DNA from: Antedon mediterranea
Lineage: Eukaryota; Animalia; Echinodermata
Assembly (NCBI RefSeq): GCF_964355755.1
Contig: NC_092674.1
Coordinates: 11,904,001 to 11,968,000, forward strand
DNA: 64,000 nucleotides
Direction: 5' to 3'
Shown one piece after another: positions 26,101 through 39,000 of this stretch; position 1 is the stretch's first letter, and each line of letters begins with the position of its first letter. A model generated the notes under the pieces. The model was not told the DNA's origin, ran no database searches, and was given only the letters and a program-made list of their open reading frames with translations. The translations under genes and the position numbers were made by a program.

Positions 26101-28343
26101 CCGATTATAGACATGCACGCAGCAGTAACAAAGCTTAGTGTGAATGGAAGTTTGGTAAGTCAAGACTCATTAGCTGATAATTAGTAGGCCTATGTATGGT
26201 ATTTGAAACTTACGAAATGAAAGCTTGCAATATCCATACATTGCTTACTAAAATAAGTAGGTGGAATTCATTTTTTGGCTCAATATTACTGTTATTACTA
26301 TGTATGGGCCTATCTAAATATAAATATTAATCATTTTTAATGTGTATTGATTATTTGAGTTTCCTATCCATAACCGTAAGAAAGGAAAGCAAAACAAAAC
26401 CTTATAAATCATTAACTATTTTATATTATTTGTTTACGTTACGCGCACTCTCGATTTTAAACTAAACTCGTATTAAAAGTATTTAAAATACAACTATACT
26501 TGTATCTAACTGAATATACTCAGTTAGTATCTAGAGTGCCAGCTGCATAATCTGGTAATACAACTATACTTGTATCTAACTGAATATACTCAGTTAGTAT
26601 CTAGAGTGCCAGCTGCATAATCTGGTAATACAACTATACTTGTATCTAACTGACTATACTCAGTTAGTATCTAGAGTGCCAGCTGCATAATCTGGTAATA
26701 CAACTATACTTGTATCTAACTGACTATACTCAGTTAGTATCTAGAGTGCCAGCTGCATAATCTGGTAATACAACTATACTTGTATCTAACTGACTATACT
26801 CAGTTAGTATCTAGAGTGCCAGCTGCATAATCTGGTGCCGAATTGAGACCTTAACCGCCGCACAACATAGGCCTATTTATTTGTAATTGTAGTTTTTTAT
26901 AACCACTAGCCATCAGCGCAAGCTCGGTGGTCTAGAGGTATGAACGCCAGGCTAAGTGATCTGAAGGTCGTGGGTTCGAGTCCCACCCGAGAACTAATTG
27001 CGAATTTTTTCGCAAGTATTCTCAAATGTACTTAGTATAAAGTACAAATTACGTCAGAGTAGTACAAAACATCTAATTAATAACATGTTTATTATTATTC
27101 CAATATTGACACACTTAGTGCATATTACAAAGTGTTCTACAACAAACCTAATTTTGTGGATAATTATATTAAAATTTCTATCCCATAATTCCCTATACTG
27201 TTAAGAATATAACAGAACATACGATGCATTAAGAAATACTAATTGTTTTACTTTTAGAAAATACCCTCAAAGTTCATTGACGATGTGCGTGACATTATTT
27301 CAAGAATAAGATCTCTAAACCTGAGTGCGCCAGAGTTTGCTTTTTTAAAGACCATTCTGCTCCTGAAGCCGGGTAGGTCAACTTAATAAAACAACTTAGG
27401 CATACGCTAATCAAAAGTCGACTTTTTGAGTAATAATAATACCATGTATACATAATTTTAAAATATTGTTGATGTTAAAAATGTGTGTAGTTAATTGGAC
27501 GCTTTCTTGTAAAATGTAATTATTATTTTTTTTTATTTCTGTGCACTGTTCTGGGTTGACCAACTAGCATAGGTGTTTAGCGGTCTTTCCTTGCCTTTTA
27601 TATTTCGTTTTGTCATTTTATTTGTGTATTGTATATGGCAGAAATTGAATTTAGGGCAATTAGAAACTAACAAAGTACGTCACCTACATGAATTCAAATC
27701 CAGAGAGAGAAAATGAAATTCTAGTCTACACTCAGTAAAATTGTGTTTGCAAATACCAATTGGCCACTAGAGGCTTTCCACACCCGAGGATGGCTTACTG
27801 CCGTATGATCGGCTTCAGGAAAGATTTCGGTAGGACAACATTCTCGGAGTTTGCTAACAAAAGAAACTTAAGTAGGCCTATAAGACGTCAACCAATCAGA
27901 TTTCGCTATGTCAGCTTCAACGTTGTGGAATTATCTAATCCGACAGTGTGCTAATTTTTAGCTAGCCAGTCACATTTTCCAATAAGTTTTTTTCATTTAT
28001 AAAACTATCCTCCTTTTTAAAATTTATAGTACAGCGACTTGACAGCCTTGTAATTCCCTAGGCTCAACTGAACTATTCATGTGCTTTGTTTTTAGAGTCG
28101 CATGGAAAATTGCGAGAAACCAAAAAGGCAGAAATGCTTCGAGACCAAGCCCAAGTGTTTCTTGCTCAATTTGAACAGGACTTGAACCCACAGTCACCCG
28201 CAAGGTTTGGCAAGCTTCTTCTGGGATTACCGTGTCTAAAACAAGTCGATAAACAGACGCTAGAAGAAGTATTCTTTGGAAGAACTATTGAACGATCTGA
28301 ATTACAGAGATTGATGGGTCCTAGGGATCTTCATAGACCATAA
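23103..28343 (+). CDS. NR2E-family orphan nuclear receptor (HR83/NR2E5-NR2E6 type)
   Basis: Exons 23103-23106, 23892-24125, 24797-25180, 25871-26154, 27258-27372, 28096-28343; all GT-AG and phase-compatible. DBD: [38 protein letters not shown]...[13 protein letters not shown]...[12 protein letters not shown] motifs [23 protein letters not shown] and [12 protein letters not shown]. Confidence 0.92.
26487..26836. repeat. 70-bp tandem repeat x5 (intron 4 of the nuclear receptor)
   Basis: CAACTATACT recurs at 26491, 26561, 26631, 26701 and 26771. Units differ at one position (A in copies 1-2, C in copies 3-5). Confidence 0.97.
26922..26992 (+). pseudogene. tRNA-like sequence (pseudogene or SINE head)
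   Basis: TGGTCTAGAGG A-box, GGTTCGAGTCCC B-box, CTCGG/CCGAG acceptor-type pairing. Anticodon arm is irregular. Confidence 0.6.
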
Positions 28344-29869
28344 CAAGGACATGATTATTACATTTTAATTTAAAAATAGATATAAAATTTGATTCTTCAT
28401 TCATTCTTCTTTTGAGGATTTTATTTGAATATATATACGCGTTTTGCACTTATTTATAAATCGATACGCATAGTTTGTCCATATAATATGAGTAATTTAA
28501 ATAATAGTAAATAATTCGCAATAGACCACTTTGTTAACGTTTTGATTATAGTTTAATTAATGGTAAAGATTAGGTATGTAAGCGTTTATAAAAGGTCTAC
28601 AAAAATATGTAGCTGTAGGTAACAATTGGTTTTACCACATTTTATTCTAACTCCTAACACTTTTCATTACTGTATATCGTGCTGAAATGTATATTGTTTA
28701 AGGAATTTTGGCTCAGGATTGAACTAAATAATGTAATTCATCTCTCAACGAATTCGTATTTGATTAGTGTGTAAGATTAACAATCCAACTGGACCATGTA
28801 ATATAGTGTTGGAACCGTGTTTTTTTTTTATTACGACGGAATTATAGACGTTATGACAACATTTCCTGATGGTCTTATTCATTGTGTTCATCTAAAAAAG
28901 TTAGAATTTTATCTTGTTTGTAGGCCTGATCAATGTAATCACCAGCCATAGAGAAACTCGACGTCGTCTCACCATGTGACTGTTCTTTTCATTTATTATG
29001 CTCTCATTTATTATGATAATTTTATTTTATTATAAACAATTCTGTCGCTGTATTTTGGTACCGCCCGACACAAATCTAAAATCATTTTAATTGTGTTGGC
29101 CTATTATAATTATTGTTTAAAAAAAATGCAAAATGTTGTCAGTGTAGAGGGCGCACTACAAGGTTTACATGTGGAACTTTCACAACACAACAAACTCTCA
29201 GCAGAAGTCGAGTCTTATTCAATAAGAAAATTTTCTTTTTTGTCTACTTTGAATAACTTAAGATGTTTTCTGGACATGCTTTTAATACGTAAGTATAAAG
29301 TGACAGTAGTACTTGCATATAACTATAGTTTAGTGTATTAGCTGTTTGTATAATAAGACATGATACTCTTTTAAGTTTAGGATAGTTACGAGATAAACAG
29401 TACATCCGCTGAACTGACACCGGCAACACTCCGACTCTGATGCTCTGCTAGGAGGGATGGCATGCTAGTCAAGTCGCCCCATCGCAAAGTCGCCCCAAAA
29501 CAAAGTTGCCCCATCGCAAAGTTGCCCCATCGCAAAGTCGCCCCAAAGCGTTAAAGAATAAAATAGTTTACAAGTGCGTAAAATGTGTCGTTGTCGCACT
29601 ACAAACAACGCACCTGAAGAAGGGGAAACCCTGCCGGAGTCACTCCGACTTTTGCGATGATACTTCTTGATAGCGGTCACGTTTAATTTTGGTCGCGATA
29701 AAAAATTGATTTTACCATCTAGATTATTTTTACTTTGGTCGATGAATACTTATTATTATTATATTATTGATTTTTTTTTATTTTACAGATCTAGGCCTAT
29801 TATGATGAGAAAGGTGTGTGCCTTAATGACAATTTGTAAACATACTGTAGTTTAACATTATAGTATTAA

Positions 29870-30415
29870 AGCCCCATTTCCTACGTTTTTTAAATCTAAT
29901 TTAAGATCACAAACTATATTTAATGTAAAAATAATACTATATGGTCCTATTGCGATAACTTTTTTCGTCCTTAAACGGTTAAAAATGTGAAAAATAAATC
30001 GATTTTAATAATTATAGCGGCCCGCTATAAATCCCAAAATGCATTGCGCGCGGATTGATATTGTTGTTTTTCACCTGTCATTCGCCCACTTTTCGATCGA
30101 TCGTGAAGCCAAAACAAATGGAAGACTCCTAACTTTACAACGTCAGGCTAGGTATATAGCTAGCGTACGATGTTCGTACGTTACCGATGTTTACCAGCTA
30201 GGCCTACAAAACTAAGCCTAGCTAGGCTAGGCCTGAGACCGTCCACGAGAGGTCGATCGCCGCGAGCTACTTAGGTAGTGCATTGTTTCTCACTTTTTAT
30301 CATAATTTACCATAAAACGTACATTTAAGACAAGGAATGACATGGATTAATGTTTTTAAAGTGATATATATGTATTATTTTCCAAAAAACGTCCAAAATT
30401 GCAGGGAAGGGGTCT
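29870..30415. mobile_element. Kolobok-type MITE (copy 2, internal deletion)
   Basis: TTAA|AGCCCCATTTCCTAC ... GCAGGGAAGGGGTCT|TTAA. Imperfect TIR, AG..CT termini and TTAA duplication are Kolobok hallmarks. Confidence 0.85.
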
Positions 30416-30662
30416 TTAATTATTCAGCATGTCATTTAGCAATTTTACATAATTATTAAATGTGAAATAGGTTATAGAGAACGTAGGCTACGTCTGTGTC
30501 TTTTATTTTTTATGCAACAAATTACGTAAAACAATTTATTTTCAGTTTACTATTATTAGTATACAATGAACATTTGATTATACCTGTAAAGGCAATCCCA
30601 TCATTATCCATTATAAATTGCATCATATCACCAATATATCGTAAATGATGACGTGCGTGCAT

Positions 30663-31042
30663 AATAGTGGCCAAATCTGGCATAATTTTGACCCATCTGG
30701 CATCTGGCATTTATGCTAGAGGCATAATTTTAAAAAGTCTAGCATAATCTGGCATAATTTGAAAAACACAAGTCTACAGCATATTTACCACTACTTAGCA
30801 TATTATCTAGCATATTTTCTAAAAAAACTAGCATAATTTTTATCAAATCTAGCATAATTTGGTGGAAAAAACCAGAAGACCTTTTTTTTCTGGCTTCCCA
30901 CTTTTGTGGTATAAACATACACCGCCCTCTGATACATTGTTTTTGTGCTATTTAGACCGTAATTGTGCCTAACATAATCTAGCATAATTTTGTGCTGCCA
31001 TCTACGGGTAGCATGATTTAATTTCCATCGCTGGCCACACTG
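30663..31042. mobile_element. hAT-type MITE (inverted, older copy of 59023-59437)
   Basis: ATAGTGGCCAAATCTGGCATAATT ... CGCTGGCCACACTG, with many GCATAATT subterminal repeats. TSD not preserved. Confidence 0.75.
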
Positions 31043-33006
31043 TGTGTTTTCGTCGTATCTCCATGTACGCATTATTCCGTGCCTCTTCACTGTCTTGAAG
31101 ATATTTATTATGTATGATAATTAGAATGTTCTATAAATAAAAGGGTTGAAAGGAATTTTTTCAGTAAAATGATCATTGTGCTGTTGATTAAAAGGCGACT
31201 CACAATCTGAAAGCAATCGGAACTGCGCCTTCTGGCAGCTGTTTCCTCAAAGTTGCTACGTCTTTTTGCTGACCGTCGGGGATTCCTCTTTTAAAAAAAC
31301 ATGCACACGATCACTGTACGATTTTTTTTTCCATTGTCAAAATGTAGCGTTTTAATTTTACTAAAATACCTGCATGTAAAACGATCATATCGGCGTTTAA
31401 ATCCTTTTTTTTAGTATTTTTTATTTCTTCATTTTGAAAAGTCATAATAAAATAAAAATAGACATATATTCTAGTCAATAAATGTAAAATGATCAATAAG
31501 TAGCCTATAACACTCACTCGCTGTTTGTTTTAACTAATCTATACGAAGGCCTACATTTACCATTTTATTATATTATCCTAAAAAATGAGCTGGTATCCAC
31601 TTGCAGGTTGAAGAAAGATTCGTAATTGTGGCTCTGATACTAAAATTTTAAAATCATATTGAATTAACATTTTTCGAAACTATAAATCAGGGATAATCTT
31701 TTTAGAACTTTCAAACAATGAACTATTTTTTTAATGATTTTCCAAAAGCACATTACTCTAATAAAACCTGTAAAATAAAAATTAAAACACAAATTATGTA
31801 TAGGATAAACATTATAATATAATGTAATACAACATTTAGTGCGACCAAAGTAACAATGCGATTGATTAAAAAAGCAAACCACTAGCGGAGGCGCTTCATA
31901 CCGAAATAAAACCGATGGGGCGGAGTTTGCGTTTGGGTGACTTTGCGATAGGGCGACTTTGCGATGGGCAACTGTGCCGGGGCAACTTTGCGATGGGACG
32001 CCTTTGTATGGGGCGACTAGAGCTGTTATTAATCGCCGTGGCTAACGATACCGTACCGTATCTTATTATGTTGGATCGTGACTTTGTGTCATAATAGCGA
32101 AGCACTTTTTAATACTTTTAAGGTTGAATCTCCCTTTTCTCTCTGAAAGGAGGTTATCTCATTGTCTGAAAGGTCTCTCTAACCCTGCCCACTATGCTTG
32201 TTACCAATTAAACGGTAGAAAATCATGAATAATACCACCAAACTTGCGAGTTAGGATGACTATAACGAGGCATTTACATTTTAAGGCAATTTGCCTTTTT
32301 ATTAAATGCCTCGTTATAGTCATCCTAAACGGTAGAAACCTGCGAAACCGTAATTAACATTTCAAGTCTGACTACTCGAACAAAACGATTTTCTAATAGC
32401 CCTATCATGTTTTATATTGACCTCTAACTAGAGTTCAGCATGGGATACCCTCCTCTCAAACTCTTTTCTCAGACTTTTTTTCTGTCTGTTTTTCATATAT
32501 TGTAATGTTTCTGTCTGTGCATGTTTAATTTGAATACGTACAGTACCATTTTAATGTAATTTGTAACTAGCAATTTGGCCTTTGGCCACGAGATGTTACA
32601 TACTGTAGATGTTATTGAATTGAATAAAAGTGATAATAATAAATTCTGTTTCTGTTTGCTATTAGTATTATGTATGGTAAAATTGCATTCCAATATAAAC
32701 TCGTTTTTAAATATAAAACTCATCCTACAGTGCTGTACTGTTAAAACTTGTCCTAAATATTAATAAAAACCTAACCCTCAATCTTTCTTAAATTAAAAAA
32801 ATCTGAAACACACGTACAGTAGATCTCCATGCTTGGCAGTGGAAGTTATTTGCCCTGTTTATTTAAACTTTTCCTCGTTCCCTAAATTCTACAATCATAC
32901 ATAATGACGGTTTCAGAAATATACAAACCTAGTAATATTAATTAATTATTAATATTACTTTCATTACTATTTCTTGTTTTTATTACTATAGTGATTGAAG
33001 TTTTCT

Positions 33007-36000
33007 ATGAAAATGGCATGCTGTAGTTGTTTTGGTGCTATTACTACAAGGTGCTATAGCTGTAGGAAACGGCAACGATACCGCAGGAAGCGCAAACCAA
33101 GCAAGGTATTTTAAATACACAGGAAAATTACTCAGACATGCCAACACTTCCATTTTGGCCGGGAGAATCCCGTATTTTAGACTTTTCTCCAAGCCTAACA
33201 TCATGCTCCTGGTTTTCCACATTTTCTTCCGGATTTCTTCTGAACAAAAAAGCTCACACACAAGTAAATAAAGTAAATAATATCCTTTTGTTAAATAAAA
33301 ACATACAAATGTTTGTGGAAACCACATTATATGTTCCCAATTATGTTATGGAGTGAGTGCAGAATCTGTTTGGGCTTTAGCCTATTCTCATTCCTGGTTA
33401 TTTTTACATTGATGACCGAATAAATATTATTATTATTATTATTATTATTATTAAATTTACGATATTTCAGCTATTGTGCGACCATCTGCGGTCATAATTC
33501 TTAAATTTTTTTCCCGACTGGATTTCCCTCACATAGCCAGCACGCAATACTGCTTGTCACTTCACACACGACACTCCTCACTTCTGTTCTTGAAAATAAA
33601 TATAGTGACTGCTGACCTTAAAAAAACACCACCTCCCGTTTATTGAACTTCAGATGTTGCAGTACTTTACTATAATATTAACTGTAACTTTATAATTATT
33701 AATTAATAACTTTCTTTAAAACTAAGTATACAAACTACAGTAAACACTTTACTATAAAGCAAATTTTATAAATAAATATTTTAAAATGGAATAATCTTGA
33801 AAGTGAGTAAACTCTCCGAATACATACCTTTATGGGCTGGCCTAATATGTCTGGTCCAGAAAGTCTGCTATTCAAAATGTGTTTCCAATGGTACAGCAGT
33901 AAACCTGAATTTGGGATCTTTTGGACCAGACTCTGGTATTAGGAGAATGACTGTAATTATATAATTCTCGTTTATATATAAAAAGTGAAGTGTTTTACTG
34001 TTAACACAATCTTATCTAATTCAGAGCATTTTTATCATTATACCCACAACCCAATTTTGTTTACACAGAAATCTTACTTGCGTGGGAAATTTTGTTGACG
34101 CAGAGGCTGATCAGATGCAGCTCACTAATTATTACATTTTTTGGTCTGCAAGGCTTGAGTAAAATATGCAACTTGTGTTTACGTATTTTATTTGACCTAC
34201 CTACAGTAACTAATTGCAGTAATTCAGATTTGGTGTAATTATTGTTTTTTACCAGTTTTTCTTATTTTTCTTTAGACCAATAAACTTTGCAGACCTTTTT
34301 TACATTGTCTGTCTGTACCATAGAAGATAGAACTGGTACTTGGATATTTAGTGACTCTTAGTCAGAAAAGAAATATGATTCACTATTAATCACAGTATAA
34401 TCCTGTATTAACTATTAAGAACATCTCAGTGTCTGGTCTCAGTATTGATTTTAAGGGTATCCTATAGTAATTGCTAATCTCGCAAACCTTGCACAACTTT
34501 ATTTTTTGGGAAAATTACTGATTTCGCAGAAAAAACCCTGCACAATTAACCACATTTAAACTAATTAACATTGATTAGATCTCAACCTAAATAGTTTAAA
34601 GAGACAATTTATGAACAAATATTTTGCAAAGTTTTCCTTTTTTGGAAGAAAATTACAGATTTCATCAGCGGAAGCCCTCAACTGATTCTAAACAAAAACG
34701 CATCCAAAATAATCCAATCAGCTCACATCTTATTTCATTACATTGGCTGGCGGTTAAACAATGCATAGAATGAAAGATCCTCATGCTCACCTACATATCC
34801 ATTCATAAACAATCACCACCAATCATCTTTCATCGCCTGTCATCTTTAAAAAATGTTTTTTTTTATATTTTTATTTTGTAGTTTGTTGTACGGGTTGCAG
34901 ACACTCATATGTTATGGCGCATTATTGCTGTTGCATGCAACCCCTTGACCGATTGTGTCGAATAAATAAATGAAAATAAAAAATTTAACACGCATAAATC
35001 TTTTTCATGTATATCTTCGCCTCAACTATTCCAACCAAGAACATGCAGTCATACATTTACTCTTCCACATTCAATCAAGAATGACATCTTCAAACATTCA
35101 CTTAGCATATGAGATGATGTAATTTCTACCTAGTTCGACTCGCCGTGTGGACAAAAGACAATTATTATTTTAATATTATTATTAATAAGGATAGGCATGG
35201 TTAAGACATAAGACATACTTTATTATCTCCAACAGAAGAACTTTCAGGAGCTTGCAAAACAACAAGTATCATATAAAAACATATACAAGATCAGACCCAC
35301 CCCCACAAGTTACCTTTTATCATCTTCTTTAAAGAAACCAATGCCCTCAGCTACAAACAAATCACGGTATCTGTTGGTGGCAAAAGCAGGAAATCTCATA
35401 CGTCCACTTCTGGGGATATAATCACTGATAACCACATCATGGAGAGGATGAGGCTCATCAGTCATTATATGATGAAACAAATTTGTAACCCTGACTATAC
35501 AAGAGTCAACTGAAGGCAAACATACACCAGTGATTCTACTAATCTTTCTAATCAAACGATCTATAATTCTTTATCTTTGTAAATTGCAATTCCTTCCCAT
35601 CCCGTTTTGCAATAACCCCACAAATAACTGTTTAAAATATGGTGATTATTTTGTTACAAACATTAAAATTGATTAATTTAAAAAAAGAAATCAAAGTTGA
35701 AATGATGAAACAGTTGACGACCATAGTTATGTCATGGCAATCCACTGTGTGTATGCAGAGATATTGGGACTCCCACCTTGACACAGATTTGATGGTGTCT
35801 AGGTCCAGGTGATGACTGATGATCAAAACATCGATTGACCTCACCTAGGTAGGTCATCGGTCATTACAAATAGAATTCCCTGTATGGTAAAGAGAAACTC
35901 TGCTATTATTCATTTTAAAATCATAGTCATTCTCTATTGCTTACTGTATAACCACACAGCAATTTGTTAAAAATGTGTATTAATGCTATTTAAATCAAAT

Positions 36001-39000
36001 AGTCAAACAAAATGAAAAAGTGTTTCGATAATTTAAATTGGAAATCATGCAATTTATAACTCTTTCCCAGGAAAGGAAAGTGATAATTCTCTTTTTTTTT
36101 ATTAACTGTGCAGTGATTCTGAATGCCGAAATGAATAAAATAATAACCATCACATTCTCTTGAGATAACAGTATATCCTCTATTATCTGTATCATTAAAA
36201 CATAAATTGTTTATTTGGATGATAAATAAATAATACAATCCAAAGCTAATCCCAGTATTTATTATTTGTATATAATTCTGTGGCACTCAACCATGTGTGT
36301 GAATACACAGCAAACTGTAGTCATGGAATGGTGTCAATACTGTACACAATCAAAGTAGTTAATTTATCTGTCCTTTCAAATAAAGGAACTTGTTTCGTAT
36401 ATACAATAAGTTAGACCCGTTCCTATAACAAAAAGCTTTTAACAATTATTTACACTGCATCTGGTGGATACAAAACCGAGATACAAAGACTAAAAAGAGA
36501 ATCAAATGGCCATCTGGTTGAAGCAGTTACTGAAGAACCAACAATATTGGAATGGGTTCAACTCATTCCTAGTTGTTGTGATTGTAATAACAGTAATTGT
36601 TCATGCTTTTCCATCATCTAACTTAAATTATTGCATCTCACTTTATTTTATTATCCGAAGCAACCGTCAAGCGTTTGCAGAAAGTACAGAATGCTGGCAC
36701 TGTTCATATTAATTTTTTTCTATACAGTACACCATGTCGTCATCATCACTCCCACATACTTTATCCTTACAAATCTTCATTCGCTGTATATTCAAATTAC
36801 TTTTGGTGACTTTTAAGTCACTTTATTATTACAATCCAGTATATATGTAATCTCCTCCACACTATGTATCCCTAAGTCAGCTTCGTTCATCCATCTATTG
36901 ACAGTTCCATCTCCTCAGCACAAAACCAAAACATATGGTGGTCAACATGCCTTTTCCCGTTCAATTCTGTTTCCGTTCAATAATTTGGAACTTATTTTCT
37001 GTTTGTAATTCACCAAATCTACTTTCCTTTAAATTATAGTCAACTTAAAAACCCCTTTTTCATAATTTTTTATTGATCTTGCTTTATTCTCACACAGCAA
37101 CTTTTATAAGTTTTTCAATTGGCGCTATATCAATTTAAATGTTATTATTATTTAAAGACTAATAAACCATAGGTTCAGTGTACACAGTTACCTGTGTGCA
37201 TCTAAAAAACTCATTTTAAATATCACGAGTAGGGAGAGTAGTAGAAAATAGATTAGTAGGGAGGCCGGTCAATGGTTCACAAAATAGGATTACTACTGAT
37301 CTGATAGGATAATGATTAACTTACTATGGTAATCATTGGACATGTACTAAAAACATAATTCACATTAAAAAAAGTTACATTGTATAGGTAAACTGAGTAC
37401 TAAACTATTTTTTTTTTAAATGATGATAACTATGATTTATATTACTTTAATAAATGTATACAGGTAGTATCAAACAGATTCAGATTAAATTTTTGTCGTA
37501 CATTGGAACGTACAATGAATAGTATCGGCTTGAAGGTCAATAATAACAAACTATTTTAATTTGTTTTTAATATTTTTAATTTCAGTGTGAGAGAGTATGG
37601 TTTGTGTTTCTGATTTTCACGTTTCTTGTGGCGCTGGTCAACTCTTTCTACCTGTTCTCTGTTTCTAATGATTCAAATGAATTCAACTTGTAAGTATGTT
37701 TTTGATATAATTTTACCACATTCAGTATAGGCACTAGTACACAACTTTAAAGACTGATAATATACTACATCAGATTATATTAATCAACATGCTGCTATTA
37801 TAATTAATGCATTGTAATTCTCACAATCGCACTCATCAAAAGTATTAAATACAGTATTGTACGTAAACACATTATAAAACTGATTCTTGCTGAGCATTTC
37901 ACTACTATTTTACATATAAAAAGTTCATCATACAGTTTTAAAACATTCTGGATTTATTTGGACCCAGCATACACACTGTCTTTAATGACAATTTCCTCCC
38001 CCTTTGATAACATGACTGACGACGCTCACCGCATGTATGTAACTTTGTTGTACAGTAGCATAGTTTAAATTGATGACTTGTTTTCTGGGGAATTGCATAA
38101 GGATGTGGTTTTTTTCTAACTTTAGTTTAAAACTAACAGTCCATCAACAATACTTGTCACAATCCTCTACAAATTATTGACATGGCATTGACTGTGATTC
38201 CTCATTTCTCATTTTTTTGGTTATTAAAGTACTATGGATCTTCAATTATATTAGTTACACAATACGACATATATAAACGGTTTGCTGTACCTTATATTGC
38301 TCAACTCTCAATAAGATGCACTGTTTTTTTATGTTTTAAATAACTTTTTGATGTTTACAGTATAAATATTATCTTTTTTTTAAGGAGCGATTTATAATAT
38401 GTACTACAATAATTTCAGACTTTTTCTGCTTTTTGTAATGTTTTTTATATACCTGAATAAATAAATAAATAAATACTATAATACTAAATAGTTATGGAAA
38501 TACATACAAACAACTATGAAAGTTACGGGAAACTTCTCAGTAAAACAAAATAATTCTGGAAAAATCAATGAACTGACACCAGTAAAATAATAATTTCTTT
38601 AGACAATTTTAATAAAAATATGTGATTTCATGTAATTTTTCGAAATTACTGTGGAAAGACAGAAAATGTTCAGCTGCCACTGTCAAATTATGTTTCAGCT
38701 AATTTAATTGGCTATGTTACTAGTATTTCCGTTGACTTGGGCCACAGTTAGGAAAGGACTGATTACCTGGATATCACTACCAGTTGACCTAAATTTACTC
38801 AATCCTTTCCAGATTTGGTTAAAAACACCAAGGAATATACTTACTACAGAAGTGGTTAATAAAGAAACATGAAAACAGTAAATTAATTAGAAATAAGGTA
38901 CACTAAATACAGTGTTGACTGGACCACTTTGTTCGATATTTAAAACCAACAGTGTGAAACATAATTATTAATAATCACACTGTACAGTACAGTATTTCAA

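Larger units (their letters stand above)
29454..32020. mobile_element. Mutator-like element with nested insertions
   Basis: Left arm AGTCAAGTCGCCCCATCGCAAAGTCGCCCC... (29467-29545) is inverted relative to GGGCGACTTTGCGATGGG... (31936-32020). No TSD is recoverable. Confidence 0.55.

Noticed and set aside
26487-26836. Regular hairpin-containing repeats that look CRISPR-like
   Set aside because: There are no unique spacers, the array is in a eukaryotic intron, and no cas genes are present.
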